A stretch of 64,000 bases of DNA, from positions 124,001 through 188,000 of the forward strand of contig JAQGDQ010000217.1 in the NCBI GenBank assembly GCA_030141605.1, given 5' to 3'. Of this stretch, positions 47,101 through 62,100 are shown piece by piece. This stretch comes from Tubiluchus corallicola. Taxonomy: Eukaryota > Animalia > Priapulida. Numbering within the stretch: the first letter of the stretch is position 1; each line of letters begins with the position of its first letter. Under the pieces are notes generated by a model that was given only the letters and a program-made list of their open reading frames with translations, was not told where the DNA came from and did not search any database. A program made the position numbers and the translations under genes.

Positions 47101-50100
47101 GGGAACACGGTACATAGAAGAGGTAGAATAGAGATGCGTGTGGCGCGTGACTGCCTTAATAATATTTACACCACAGAATAAAGACTTGGCTAACTCTCTT
47201 TATTCTGTGACCTGTACAAAGCTTTTGGCTAATGAAGCTGATAAAGTTGGGAACTTTCCAAATAACAAAAGAGTTTAAATAAAATAATAGGGCAACCAAA
47301 TTTTAGTCTAATAGGCATATTGAGATTAATAATATTTTGACTTGAATGTTTAAAACAGTCTTGCTTTTCCTAGCACAATATTTGCAAATTAAAAAAAAAA
47401 ATCCTGGAAATATATTTCTAAGTTGCCTGAAATTTAGGTAATACCTCTTTTAAAGATTTAGAAAGTGCTGTCTGAAAGTCATTTTTACTGTCAGATGTAG
47501 ATATACATTATTTTGATAAAACTGACTTGTTAAAAATCAAATGTTATAATTTTACACTTTATACAGTATGGTCGTTTAGTGTATTTACTGAGTGTTAAAC
47601 AGTGCACCGACAATGCTTATGATCTGTGTGACATCATTAACCAATTAGAAGTGGCTTTATCGGCCAAAAGACGATGGCACATGACAGGTTATAGCATGAT
47701 ATGGATACGCTACAAAAACACGTACTTGTAAAAAAACCTCAGTGCCCTTTTTTAATTTTGCATCAGAAGTTTACTCTACAGTTCCTACACATGACAGGTC
47801 TTATTTGTTCCTTATCTCCAGCATTTAAGTTAGCTGATTGCTGACATTTTGCACTAGTAATTCTGGGTTCGAGTTCTGACTGAAAAATGTGTTCTGACAG
47901 AAAAACATTATAGCAGTAAGTTTCGAAAGTATGTATTGAAAAGTTTGTACGTATGTATTGAGGGCAAAGAGAATGTCTGATGCTAGTTGGTTATTTAACA
48001 AATTTGTCACTGATCGAATGGTAGTCATTGACAGTCAGTGACCTAGATGATTGTTTTTTGCCCAGTATGGTATTATTTGTAGTACACACATTATTATGAA
48101 GTAGACTGAACAAACATTAACACACTCAAAGTTTCAAACATGGACTGCTTAGGTGAGAAGTTTACTATCTAACATAATAGCTAATCTAACATTTGTAAGT
48201 TCTTCTTGTATCTTTTTCTTACAGTGCTAATATTTTCCTCTTTTTTTGTATAGTTGATTCCGATTCCGACTCAGATGATGAAATGTACAGAACAACATAT
48301 GAACAAAAGAAACGGAGCTCCAAAGCCCAGGGCAGTAAAACCGATAACTCAAGACCCAGTAAAGTTGCCGTTGTACTCAATATAACGCAAGGGCAAATGA
48401 CAGCAAGATCGTCAGTACAGGTGAACTTAAATGATAAATAACCATAAGATTTTTAAATTGTCATTAATTTCTTTTTTTTGAAAAACAGAAATTTATTTTT
48501 CCTCATGCACAGTTATAAAATCATTGAGTATATTGGTTATGTTTAGACATTCAAATTTTTTGCCATATGTACACTTTCTTCTGAATTACTTGTTAAAGTT
48601 TTTTTCTCAGGACACGGGAGGAACATTACATGGGTACCATGGTGAATTTGTCGTGCAGGTAGAAGATGCAAATTTGTTCACGGTTGTGTGCTACAAAGGT
48701 CAACCGGAGGTCGCATATATATCATTTACGACAAATCGCTTTGCGCTATTCCACAAAGGTTCGTATACATTCTTGTGGAAGCGGTTTAACTTACAACTAG
48801 ATTTCGGAGTTAACCTTGAAATATTTTAACATGAATTTTGATTTTACAGGGAAAATTGTTGACATGCCTGAAGCTCGTTTAGTTGAACGTGCTGTACTCA
48901 GATCTCCATCTCATCTACATAGGGTGCTATACAAGTCAGAAAGTGGTGTCTACACCAAGCTTTCAGGCATGGTGGGTACCGGTGGTGACAGTTTGGATAT
49001 GTTGAGTCTTGCAGTTAAGCTGAGTTCCAAGCTGGACTCATTAAAAAATATTAAGGTAATTAACTTTGGCTTGTAGTTTCCAATTCAGACGTGTCAGTAG
49101 TTAAGATTGTTCTTGTTAGAAGCCAATAGTGACGAAATGGTGAGGATTTGGTTTTCCCACAAGGTACCATTCAGCTTTTTATAGCATTACCGTTTGTAAA
49201 AACCCATTTTTTGTGTTTTATTGGTTGTAAATTTGAGTATTATACCAGTGGTATTTTTTTGAAATTCAAATCAGGAATCTTTTTTATTTATGCATTTGTA
49301 GGAGGTAGTGTTGGCGCTCTCTGTCCGTGGTGCCACATTACTGCACCGCGTTGTTCCACTCGGACAAACATGGTTAGAGCAGCTTATTGAGTTTTTTAAT
49401 GTGGAAGACTATCCGGTGCTTGGTTATACATTCCCGACAATCGTCACAGAATTGCATGCACATGTCCATAGCTGTGCTATTGACTATAGGTGGGTAAGGT
49501 TATTAGAAGAGGTATTTTTAGGTTTGTCTGGTTTATGTGTTTGTCAGATAGATTTTCTTGTCTATAATGTAAAATTTGTTTAATTGACTAAGAGTACAGA
49601 ACTTGCAAAGTTGTTATTGTCTATTATTTTTCAGAAATTTTACGATTAAAAGATTCAGAAATAAACGCTTAATTAGTTTTACTATCATTTTGAATGAATT
49701 CTGCATTTGATTATGCATTTTTCTAGATAATTAGGTTGGTAACAAAGAAAGAAATTTCTAACATTCTTTATACTTGTCTTGTGGTAATTATTAATTAGCA
49801 TGCTGGTTTTATTAACAGTTTCTTTTTATGGTATTAATTGTATTAGTAAGATGTGTTATTTCTAAAAATTAGTGGACAGTGGTTTGGCAGCCAAGTTTGC
49901 ATAAACTTAAGGATTACTGTGTACTATTGTCCATCTGTCTTTTGTTTTTAGACCTATCCATCTTCCATTACGAGCCCTGGCAACTATAGAATCATTTAGT
50001 GTGTCAAGCAACATTGTTGCCGAATCTGTTTCAAGTACATCGTTGTTAAAGTTCCTTCTTGAAGACGCTGGATTGTTCTTGTCTGATAAATCCAAAGTTG

Positions 50101-53100
50101 AAGTGGTAGACTTGAAAAAAAGTGAGTAAAATTTGGAGCAATTTTGCCCTGTGCTTACAGACAAGTTTTCAGGCAAAATTTAACTGCGAGACAGGAAATT
50201 TGAAAAGACTGAATTGGATTTGGTGTTAAACCATAACCCTTTGACATACATAAACAATTAATGAATTGTAACAGCTAGGCCATCACAGATTTAGGGTTTT
50301 CTTGATCATAAAGGAGTGGATGGTCTACTAACTGAGATATTAATTAGACAGTGTTGTCTCAAAAATCCTAGGTTCAAGTCCAAGTTCAATTATATTCTCT
50401 TCACATTCCTTTTTGTTGCTCTATTCGGTTTCATAAGGTTAATGAACAATTGCGAGTTTATTTCACCATTAATTGTTGTTCTTGCATTTAAGTCTAAGTT
50501 CAGATTGAGTGTGTATCTTTGCTTATTAATTACTTTATACGAGTTGTACTGTTTATACTAGTTGTTCTGTACAGGGACCCTATCCTTTTTTAGTCTTGTA
50601 AAATAATGCAAAAAATATTGCTTACTTGAAATTACATTGAGCAAAACTTAATTTTAAATAATTATCTTGAGGAAGCACAATCATTGTCATTATTGTCATA
50701 ATCTTAATCATTATCGTTATCATCTCCATTACCATTACCATTATCACTATCATTATCATTATCAATATTATTATTAGTTTTTTCAATTAATTTAACCTTA
50801 TTTGCAGATTATGTTTGCGTCTTGGATGTGGGACTATTTGAGGTGTCTTTGCGATCATCTCACGGCATCCACGCGGTATTGAGAATCTTACTATGCTTCC
50901 CTATCATTGCATTATGTTTCTGTATTATCTATCTAAGCTATGATTGCATTCATTTGTTTAATTTTTTGCGTACGTATACATTTGACGTCACATCTGTATT
51001 GCAAAGTTTAAAATACTGTAAAGGCTGGGTCGGACGTTAACCTGTCCAGGGACAAGCGCAGCATAGAAATAAAGGATGGTGACTTGTTCAACAAAAGGAA
51101 ATTTTAAGTTCCTCAGCTGACAATAATTTGTTTCTTATCTATTTTCATATTTTGCTGTCTTTGTACAATACATTTAATGTCTTTCATTTTTTATGTTTTT
51201 TTTAGAAACAGCCGCAGCTGGACCTGCGAGCTCACAACAGCATGCTGCATATCAGGACCTGTTCAGATTCATGCATAGCCTTGCAGAAGCTCATAAGTTA
51301 CTTAGCAACAGATGGCGATCTACCCGACGATAATATGTCTTTCTCATCTATGCGAGATTCTAAGGTAAGCTGATTTATATCAAGGGTTTTACTGCATAGG
51401 GGTAGAATGCTAATTGGTTTTCTAGTGTTCCAGTTCTGGAGTATGATGCTGGGGTCTGCTGTGGCATTTTTAGGTTCTCTTTGAACAAGCTGTTTTAGCT
51501 CAGATATTTGCGTTAAGAGAGAATTATGCAAATCACTGTACCTGGGTTTACATGAGCTACACATTATTGATTTTTGCTAATGTAACTTATCCAGATCCAT
51601 TTATATTGTCGTTTATGGGGGGAGGCATATTTTTATTTAACAACATTTCACTCAACATCGCATTTTACTGAAATGCAACAATTGTTAAAAGATGACTATG
51701 GAGTTACTGTATATAAAAAATGAATGGTTCCTGTTGGCAGGCAAAAACAGTAAGTGTTAGCTAATAAACTCTTGCTAACCAAATTAAAGAAAAAACTGCT
51801 TTAATAGCCTTATATGGTACAATAATAATATAGATAATGTTGTTTGTTTACTGAGAGTATAAGTATGTACACACATATGGAAGAAGCAAAAGTGCACAAA
51901 ACAAAATCCACAAGTCAGTAATTTTATACATATGATGAAACAGCTTAAACTTAATAGAAATGGAAGTAAAAAAAGAAAAAACAGCGAATAACAAAAATAA
52001 GTTTTATAGATTGTAAGTACTTGTGTAACTCGTGTAGAATTGCATAAATTGGCAAAAGGTGGCACCACTTAGATAGTTGTCAATACTGTAGCATATTTGT
52101 TTACAGGTTACCACGTCATAGTACAACGAGTATTAATATAGTATTTAGTAAATATTGTATACTGTGCAATTTTAATTTATGTGCTGTCCTGTTTCTCGTC
52201 TCTTTTTTGCTGATGTTGTATATAAAACTTATCGCAAAAGTTCTCATTTCCGTATCATTTAGGCCATTAAGAGAGATAAACTGTTTACTTACAGTTCTGC
52301 AACACAAGAAATATTTTTATAATATTTTCAAATAAGTCTCCTCTAATTTCAATAAGCAAGACATTTCATACTAAAATGCATTTCCTCCTCAACTTCATGC
52401 ATCCTGCACATGAAAACATATTCTTTGATGAGCACATATTTTTGTTTTATGATACCTTCCCTTGTTCGATATCCAATTTGTGCGCACTAAGACTAATACC
52501 CAATATATTATCAAAGACGTAAAATATGATGATATCTTAATATTATGATAATATTGTTTTATTGTAATGATATATCAATATTGATATAACATTATAATAA
52601 ATCAATATTAATATTATATTAATAAAATGTTAATATATTATCAAAGATGTTTCGAGCAACCTTCATCAGTTGATGGAACAAAAGTATTTTGTCTTCCATC
52701 AAACCGATGAATGTTGTCAGAACGTCTTTGATAATATATGATTATTCTACCATATAAACGCTATGGAAACAGCTTTTTCTTAATTTATCTTTGCTAATGA
52801 TATTATTGCATTAACTATATCCAGAACACAGAGCCATTTTATGAAATAACATTAAATAAATGGCATCGTCATTAGTCACCACATATTATATGTTTATAGT
52901 TTGTAATAGGGAGATAATTTTTCACTTGTGTAGATAGTGATGGCACTAGCCTAAATTTTATTCTATAAAAATTGCACAACTCAAACTGCACATTTTTGTT
53001 TTCTCAATAAATCACTTTTTAGGAGGCTAGTGGGGAGGACAACTCTTCTGCTAGAAGCGGCAGCCCTCTTGTTAGCTCGTTGCATGGATTGGAAGTTCAT

Positions 53101-56100
53101 GATCTAATGGCTGAAGCTATGGAAGAATACGATTCTAATTTAGGTATTAGGTATTTCTTAGATAGTAAATGTTAAATCATTAGATTACCAGAATTCACTC
53201 AGTATTATAAACTTTCCCTTCATGGTTGTATAAATGTATATATAACTAGATTATTTATATGCTATCATTGCAGCTTATAAAATGTAATTTTTTGTGTGTA
53301 GAAACTTCTGAAAGGAAAGGAAAGGGCAAAGCTGATGGAAAAGTGGAGGTATTCTTCTTCCCAGATGAAAACCAGCGGAAACAGACTGCCAGTCAAGGTC
53401 AAACTTCTTTGGCAAGCAGTAAAAACTCGCAAACATCTCAGACCAGCACAACAATGACGGATGAGACGGCACATTTTTCTGATGATGAAGAGTTCTGCAT
53501 AATTGATGATCCAGGATTGGGAATTATTGTAAGTTTGCTAATCGTTGCATGGCTCATGCTGTAATAACAGCAGTTAGCATTCAGTTTTTATCGCTCAGCC
53601 ATAGGTGCAGTTGTTGTAATACTTTCTTGCACACCATTACCCAACAATAAATTATCTTGCAAATTTACGCAACTATTGAGAAGCATTTTAAAAAAATAAT
53701 CTGGTGACTAAGTGGTTTTTTAGACATTGTTTATTTAAACTGTGTTTAACCCTTTCACTTGCAAAATTACTTTTTTGTTTATCAGTTCACGGACAGAATG
53801 GCTTTTGTTTTTGTGCATTTGTTATGATAGTGACACTGAATCTGACATTGCTGTTGCTGGATGCAGTGTTATTTAGAAAAAGGTATATTTAAAGATTCAG
53901 TAAGTGACAAACCGCCAGTTACATACTTTTTGATATGCATGCTTATTTTACCTACACCTAGAATAAACATAATGAATATAGGTTTGATTAAAGAAGCATA
54001 GAATAGCTTCACTTGCGATGCACATCATTGTTAAAACAACTTAAGAGCTTTTAAGTATGATTCTGCAACAGTACACATTTTCAAAAATTTTACTTGCATA
54101 TTTTTAACGCAAAAATGCATAAAATCCACCCGTGAAAGTATGAACTTAAAGAACAAAATATGCAGCAGAAATGCTTTTGAACAATGTATATGCAAACGAT
54201 GGTGTTGTAACATGGCCATAATAAAGACGCACACATCTCTCAGTGTACCCATTTCCGGAAAAATTTTGACTCTTGAATGGAGATAAGCTCATAATTTTTT
54301 CAAGTTATTGTACCATTGCTTGATGGCATGATCAGCTCATTCTTTGTACTGCTTCACAACTAACAACATTGTTTCTTAGCAGTCAAAGTCTACGCATCTA
54401 CACCTATGTGTTTGCATGGCTTACATAAACTTATAAATAAAGGTCATAGTGTACACCTGAATGGAAAAAATCATAGTGTAGTTCACATTTGTAACACGAA
54501 ATCTTAAGTTTAATGTGGTTTTGCTGATATTTAAATTTATGGTTTGTGGTTTTAGCCTAGGAAGGGTTCAGTCGAAATCAGAGTGCTAACGGACAAAAGG
54601 ATTGACATTGTTGACAATTACTTTGCCCTACCCATGGGAAGGACTGACCAGTTGAAGGCTCCCGAACATTTTCCGGATCCAACTAGTCGATATACATTGA
54701 GAGAGATGACGCTAGTTTGGCACATGTATGGTGGAAGTGATTTTGATAAAACCCATACAAGCAGCAGTAAAAGTTGCAATGGTATGCCGCTATTAGTTAA
54801 AATCTAACAAAAATTTATAACATTTAAGTCTAGTTTAGATATGAGTATCTCTATAAACATCTTTTTAGGTCCCCATAAAGAAGTTAATGATGAAACTGCT
54901 GCTTCGGATAAGAAATTTGTTCCCATGTCATCTCCGTCACTTGGCACGATCAGTCGCAGTAGGCCATACCTTCAGGACTATGCAGGTTTGAAAACCCAGA
55001 AAGTGTCGTGGGTACATCGGGGTGGGAAGGGACGACGTATGGATGTGTGTATGGAATTACAGTTAAGTAAGGTGAGTACTGTGTGCAAGTAGGCCTTTCA
55101 GTTTTTACCAATTTTTTGCCAAAAAAGCAACTGTAAGAATGGGTTTGTAAAAAATGAGGTGTGCTAGAAGTTTTATTTGATATATGACCTGATAACATTC
55201 CAAGCTTATTTATTTCAGACTCCAAAGGAAATAGCTAGGTAAGAATTACCAAAGTTTTCTAAATTTATTTTTTTAGATTCCTTACTAAGTGTTTAGATTT
55301 TTACTCATTATTTTAGATCCGGTTTCAGTACGAAGTATATCCAGAATTGTCTAAGCATGTAAGTCGTGTTATTCTTATCATCTCTGATCTGGAAATACGA
55401 GACCGGTTAGCCAGCAGCCACATTAACAAGTTTTTGTACCAGTACACCAGTGAAGCCAGACCTAAACAAGCGCATGCAAACATGGTGAGTTCTCAAAAAG
55501 ATTTTTTTTGTGCCATCATCTTTAGTTTTATAAATGACGACTGCAATACTTTCTTTTAACTCAGTTCAGCACAGTGTAAGCTAGAATCATTTACTCACCG
55601 GCAGGGCTTACTTAAAGTGTTTGGATAAAGCGAATCTGAAACCTTATTAATTATCGAAAACTAGTCTGGAATGCGAGGCAATGGGTTACTCACATGGGCC
55701 CGCACGCACATTTTGCTTGCATGTATTTATGAAATGTGCAGACTTTAGTAACATGTTTCATACTATGTTTTGGATGATGCTCTCCATCCGTTCCTTTAAA
55801 TCATTCAACTGTTTTTCTGCATTTGTGCTTTATTATGACATCACAATAGTAAAAAACCACCCCACATCACCCATGCACAGCACCTCCAAATAATGCCACA
55901 AAATGACAGCAACAACTAAGACTTTTTGTACAATGTTGTAACTGCTTGAAATGACAAACTCTAATAATAACCCACAATTTTTTGCGAATATTAATGTGAG
56001 TCTTTGCTTTCTACTCCTAAAATGGTTGCTGTAATGCACAAACATCCTACATAGTTTTTGTTTACTGTTCCTAAAATGATATCAGTGAGCTAATGGTTAC

Positions 56101-59100
56101 CAGTTATGCATTTGTGGTTATCATAGAATCCAAATTTTTGTAAAAATTTTGTGTACACATTATTTGTCGTACAATGGGTAAATGGCAGAGTGTTGTGTTA
56201 CATGAATGAAAACCAGATCGGCATAACCGTGACCACTCAGCTATTCTCTTGCCCTGTACTTTGACAAGATGTTATGTCAACTGTATGTGATTAGAAACGA
56301 AGTGACACGATTTGGTGAGATGTTTTGTGATTTGGTGTGATGAGGCGAAATATTGTGATTGGTTCTGCTTACAGTAAAATTTGATTGTGGTACATCGTGG
56401 TAGCTTACAACCATTTTAGTATAATCAGTGTTATTTCCAAGAAGGGCTGGTCGACAGCCGCAACCTTTAAGATGAATAAATATCAAACCTGGAAAAAATA
56501 CATTTTGTGGATTCTGTTTTTGTGTATGAAATGATCTTTCGCTTTGCAGTGTTTGCAACGTTGCATGAAATGACAAGCTCAAATGCGTGCAATAATAATT
56601 CTTATTTATTCAGATGTTGCTCTAACTCTAAGTTTGTACCAAATGTTACACATACTACAGCCTAATGTAAAACATGACCTAATGTGGTGTGACATTTCAT
56701 TACCTTACACAAATATTATTCGATCTAAAAGGTTTAGTGATTTTTAGGAAAAATCCCATAATAATATTTATAATCAATTTTACTATAAAGGATAATGTTT
56801 CATGAATGCGCTGGCCTCCTCTTCAGGTCACTAAAGGATATAATCTGAACATGCTTTTGTAATTTGAAGAGGAAGTGTGTTCTCAAAACATTATCATTTG
56901 TAATAAAATTGTTTATATGGATTATTCTTGACATTTTTGAATTATCTAGTAATAGTTTATTGTTTCTTTGCTACAGTTGGTTGTCAAGGCAACAACAATG
57001 AAGACAGAGCCAAATCTGCCAACTGAAGAATGTTCGCTAAAAATATCAGTGCAGCCGCTGCGTCTGAACATTGATCAGGACTCGCTGTTCTTTTTGCGTG
57101 ATTTTATCACAGAAATTAGCAATAAACCACTGCCCGCTGAAGCAGGTGTGCCATTTTGTCCGATGTTTAGCTGTTTCTCTTACTGTTTTAGTCTTTTGTA
57201 CTCTGTGTTTTATGCTTAACATGGTTTATACTTTGATGCTACTTGATATTACGCATCAAATACTTAAAAATTGTTATTACTTAAAAATACCTATTATTTG
57301 CATAATCCACCATAATCTTAAATCAAGAGTGCATAATAATGTTGATCCTGAATGTAATTATACAGTGTAGTCACAATAAATAAAGTAAGCCCTTTTAAAA
57401 TACCGTAAAACTGAGAATTTTTCTCCACTCTGTATATAAATTTAACAAGTTTAACTAGAAACATTTTAGAACCACTGTTTTCTGCCAAGAAAGTCCAAAA
57501 CAATAAACATTTTGTGCTTGATCTTGTCGTCAATCTCATAAAAACTAGATGTTAGTATGATTACACTGACTTCATTGAATTGCTATTGTCTTTATTGTAC
57601 AGATATTAGTATGATTTTATTTCAGTAAAGCTATTGATCACTTCAAGCTTTGACTGAAATAAGTAATTAAAGTGTCAGGAACACTCTTTAGTGCAAGTAA
57701 AAAATTAAAGGATAAATTATATTATTTCTTTCTTTAGGAAATTTGATTTTTTTTTTTATTTAAGCTGTGTTGAAGTCTTCAGACTTTGCATTTTTATTTA
57801 AAACTTGGTATTAATCATAATACATGCATCTGTTTTCATGGTAAAAAGTCTTATTCCAATGCAAAGAGAAATAAGTGTTTAATTTTTTAAAATTGCTTAC
57901 TTTTTGTGTTCATCCATTAATTTTATTTAAAAAGCATGTTAATTGCACAATTTTTTAATAATATTTCAACTAGCAACCAATACTCTCTCTCTCTCTCTCT
58001 TATTAAAGTGCAATAATTCCTTAAATATAGTTTGCTGTACTGAAACACTGTATTGAAGACTTCATGTTTAGTCAGTTGTATCACAAAGAACATATTGCTT
58101 TTGGATTGCAGCACCAAAGGTACTAACTGAACCACCAGTTTTGGTAACTCAAACCCAAGGATTGGTGGCCCCATCTAGTTTAGACGATGTCAATGATCGG
58201 GAATTGCTTATCATGCTGGATGAGGAAAATGTGGAGGATTTTCAGAGCAGGGAATCTAGGAAAATAAATTCTGAGCCAGCTGACGATTTGGCTTCCTCAT
58301 CTCCCCAGCCTATCTTCTTCAAGTATTCATTTTTTATTATACTGTTATAATACGCTTGTGAATTTTGTTAAGTGAAATAAATGAAGTCAGTTAGATGATC
58401 TTCCCAGTGGCTCCCTAATTTCTCATTGCCTAAATTTAAAAGCATTTTCATACACTTTGTTACTGTAATTTATCGTTATTTGTTACTGTACACTTGCAAA
58501 TCAGCAAGTTTATTAAATTCGAACTGTGATCAAATCATGACTCACAGCTAACTCACTGCTATAAAGTAGACTATTCATCGTCTAAGTCACTGTCTAGTAT
58601 AGCCAGGGCCTTATCTCAGTCTGAAAAGCCAGGCATCGTCCCCACTAAGAAGCACACATTTAGTAGCAGACTGGTGTGATACAAGCTGTGGAGAAGAGAG
58701 TATTTAGTGGAGGGATGTTCACAAAGTGCTTCTGTGCATGTAGCATAGTACAGACAGCAGAGTTTGATTTGTCTTAGTCTCTTGACTTTCATACATGCCT
58801 TGTTCAAAACATAAGTAGTATAAGTTCATCTAATTCAAACATCCTGAGACTGAAGTAAGTTGTGATTAGAGAGGTAAATGGTATACTTTTTTCTGCTTCC
58901 TGTTAGGTGCAAAAACTTTCATCAACTCAGTCCCATTCATTTTCAGGTCATTTGTGTTCAGTCCAGATGTTCCAATTCGACTAGATTATCATGGAAAGAG
59001 GGTGGATATGGAACAGGGCACTGTACCTGGCCTTGTTATTGGTCTTGCCACGCTCAACTGCACAGAGTTGAACTTGAGGAGGTTATCTTACAGACATGGG

Positions 59101-62100
59101 TAAGTTAGGGCCCTAACCATTAAATTATGTGGTTATGCCATTGGCAAAAATGCAACATGTAGTTGAAAAAAGAATAGCCTCTTTTAAACAATTTTGTTGA
59201 CTTTAACTGTAAAATTACTTGTGTCGAATTAATCTTTGAGTTACCAGCATAAGTTTTGGTTTCTGTCAGTAGAGCAACATGAAACAGTCATCGATTAAGT
59301 CTTGTGCATTAACTTTTAGCGTGAATTACACACACAGTTTTGTCGATACAGGACTTTTGGTAATAGCATGAACTTTTTAAATGAACATATTTATCAAAAT
59401 CGCTCAAAAGCTATATATCTCTCGCAGTTGCAAGTTCTTTTTATTGTATGTCTCTTCTCCCTCTTATATTCCATGAAGTATTTCTCAGATTATATGATCA
59501 TAGCACAATACGAAATTTTTTAATTATGGTTAAACTCATAGGGTCATATTGTAGTATATAGTGCCAAGTTCACAAAATTGAAGTTGAGGGTACATAAGCA
59601 TTATGGGTTGTTTAATAGAAAACTTGGTTTCTGCACTGTATAATAGTTTGCAGTATTCTCATTCGCAACAAACAGGTTGTTTCAGGCTTTCAACAAACTG
59701 GACAAATTCAAAACGAATGCTGGAAATAAGAGCAACAATAATAATGTCATCTCTTTTCCAAATCATTAACAATCTTGTGTTTACTCAGTGACACAGGTTT
59801 TGCATAAAGTTAACGTAAGTGACACAGGTTTTGCATGAAGTTAACGTAAGTGACACGGGTTTTGCAGGAAGTTAACGTAAGTGACACAGGTTTTGCATGA
59901 AGTTAACGTAAGTGACACAGGTTTTGCATGAAGTTAACGTAAGTGACACAGGTTTTGCATGAAGTTAACGTAAGTGACACAGGTTTTGCATGAAGTTAAC
60001 GTAAGTGACACAGGTTTTGCACGAAGTTAACGTAAGTGACACAGGTTTTGCACGAAGTTAACGTAAGTGACACAGGTTTTGCACGAAGTTAACATAAGTG
60101 ACACAGGTTTTGCATGAAGTTAACATAAGTGACACAGGTTTTGCATGAAATTAACATAAGTGACGCAGGTTTTGCATGAAGTTAACGTAAGTTCATTAAA
60201 CTGTAATTACATACTTTGTGGCACTGTTTTCAGATTGCTAGGAGTCGACCGTCTGATTTTGTATGCAGTGAACGAATGGCTAGATGACATCAAAAAGACT
60301 CAGATACCTAACATTGTTGGAGGAATCGGACCAATGTCTTCACTAGTACAGCTGGGTGAGTGAGAAAATTAGTTATTTTTTCTCTGTCAGTTTTTAAAAT
60401 TTCATTCACTGCGATTTTGTGGTTGTAATAATTAACGGTAATTTGTAATGATGTTTCTCAGAAGCAAGTCTCCTCATTCTAACCGTTAGACTTCGCTTAT
60501 GTATCAGGACTGTGTTTAGAATGTGTTTTAAGACAGTTTTTGTCGTTACTTTTGAATTTGCTTTTGCACTTTAACCCACTGGATTGTTCAGATTGTCAGT
60601 TTAATGAAGTCTGTTTTTCGGTCAACCTTGCAATGCTTTGCTCATCGAATGTCTGTTGTTATGTTAAGCCTCTTTATTGCTACTTTCATGGAAGGCACTT
60701 TGAGAAATTTCATAAGTGATTTCTAGATGATGACAGCTTCGTTTTGCTGCATTTTTACCTGGATGTAAATCCATTTTTTGCCTCATTTTTTCTTATATGC
60801 AGAAGAGTTGTTTCCCTTTTTGTTGGAACCAAACTGGTTTAAAAAAAATGTTAACAATATCTGCCATCATTGGCAAATCAGTTATAAGAATTCTACTTTT
60901 CTATTTTTACTGTTGCCCCTTACCATGAGTGGTTGCCGGTCTTGCTTGAAATAATTTTTATAAAAAAAAACTTTAATCCTATTAAATAAGTTAAACAGGA
61001 AGGTATTTAATTTGCAAATGACAAGGTATTAAAACTCAGTACTTAAATATAAACCTAGTTAGGACCACTTATTTTACCTTAACACAGCTCAAGGTGTGAA
61101 GGATTTGTTTTGGCTTCCAATTGAGCAGTACCGTAAAGATGGACACATTGTGCGTGGTTTACAACGAGGTGCTGTAGCTTTCTCTACGACAACTTCCACA
61201 GCATTGCTGGAACTCACAAATCGTGCTGTGCAGACTATACAGAGCTGTGCTGAGACAGCTTATGACATGTTATCACCCGGTCCTAGTGTCAGGTATGAAT
61301 ACCTGCTTCTTTTGAAACCAAAATAATTTATTAAGTTTTGTTTCAAAAACATGTTATGATAACAGTAATAAGTCTTGATACGTTATTTATCCCAGAAGAG
61401 TCTTCTGGAACCCATGCACTGTCAGTTAAAGCAATTATTCTTTTAAACAAAAAAGTATATAAATGGAATCACATTTCACTATTGTTTGTAAAGTGTAATT
61501 TTAGACATAACTATTGTATCTGAGGAATATTTGTGTGGAAATTATCTGCTTGAAAAAATATTATGTCACTATTTTCACAAGTGAAGTTCTAGCTAAATGC
61601 AATGTATATACTTTTTAGAAAAGTAATTTAATTGAAATACATATTCTTTCAGTGTTTGCTTAAGAATTTAGAGTTTTGTTAAATAATGAAAACTTATCTT
61701 ATGGTCTCTGAAATAACCTTACAAGTTAGCATATTCAGAAATTTCCATAACAATCCAGAGGACATGTATTGCTAAATCTGGATTTTTTCCTTACAAGTTT
61801 CTTTTATCTTTTGTTGGCCATAATGTTGTTTTTATTTTTCTGAATGCTATTGATCTTATTAGTTTATTAAATTTACTTTGAGCAAAAAAACTGTTAAAAC
61901 GTTCCTTTATAGACTTATAGATTATGTCTGTTAGGTGCCTTATGTGTTAAATATGGCAGGGTGATTTATAATGAAACTGCTAATGTTTTTCTAATGTAAC
62001 CTCGCAACTTACTACGTTATTCAATTCATAATTCGCATTTGATGTTAAAATTTGGAAATCCTTGCCCTCTGCACTACTTTGTTGAAGTATTCTGCAACAT

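Noticed and set aside
59788-60190. CRISPR-like array of 31-bp repeats
   Set aside because: Units are contiguous with no unique spacers, there are no cas genes, and the context is a eukaryotic intron.
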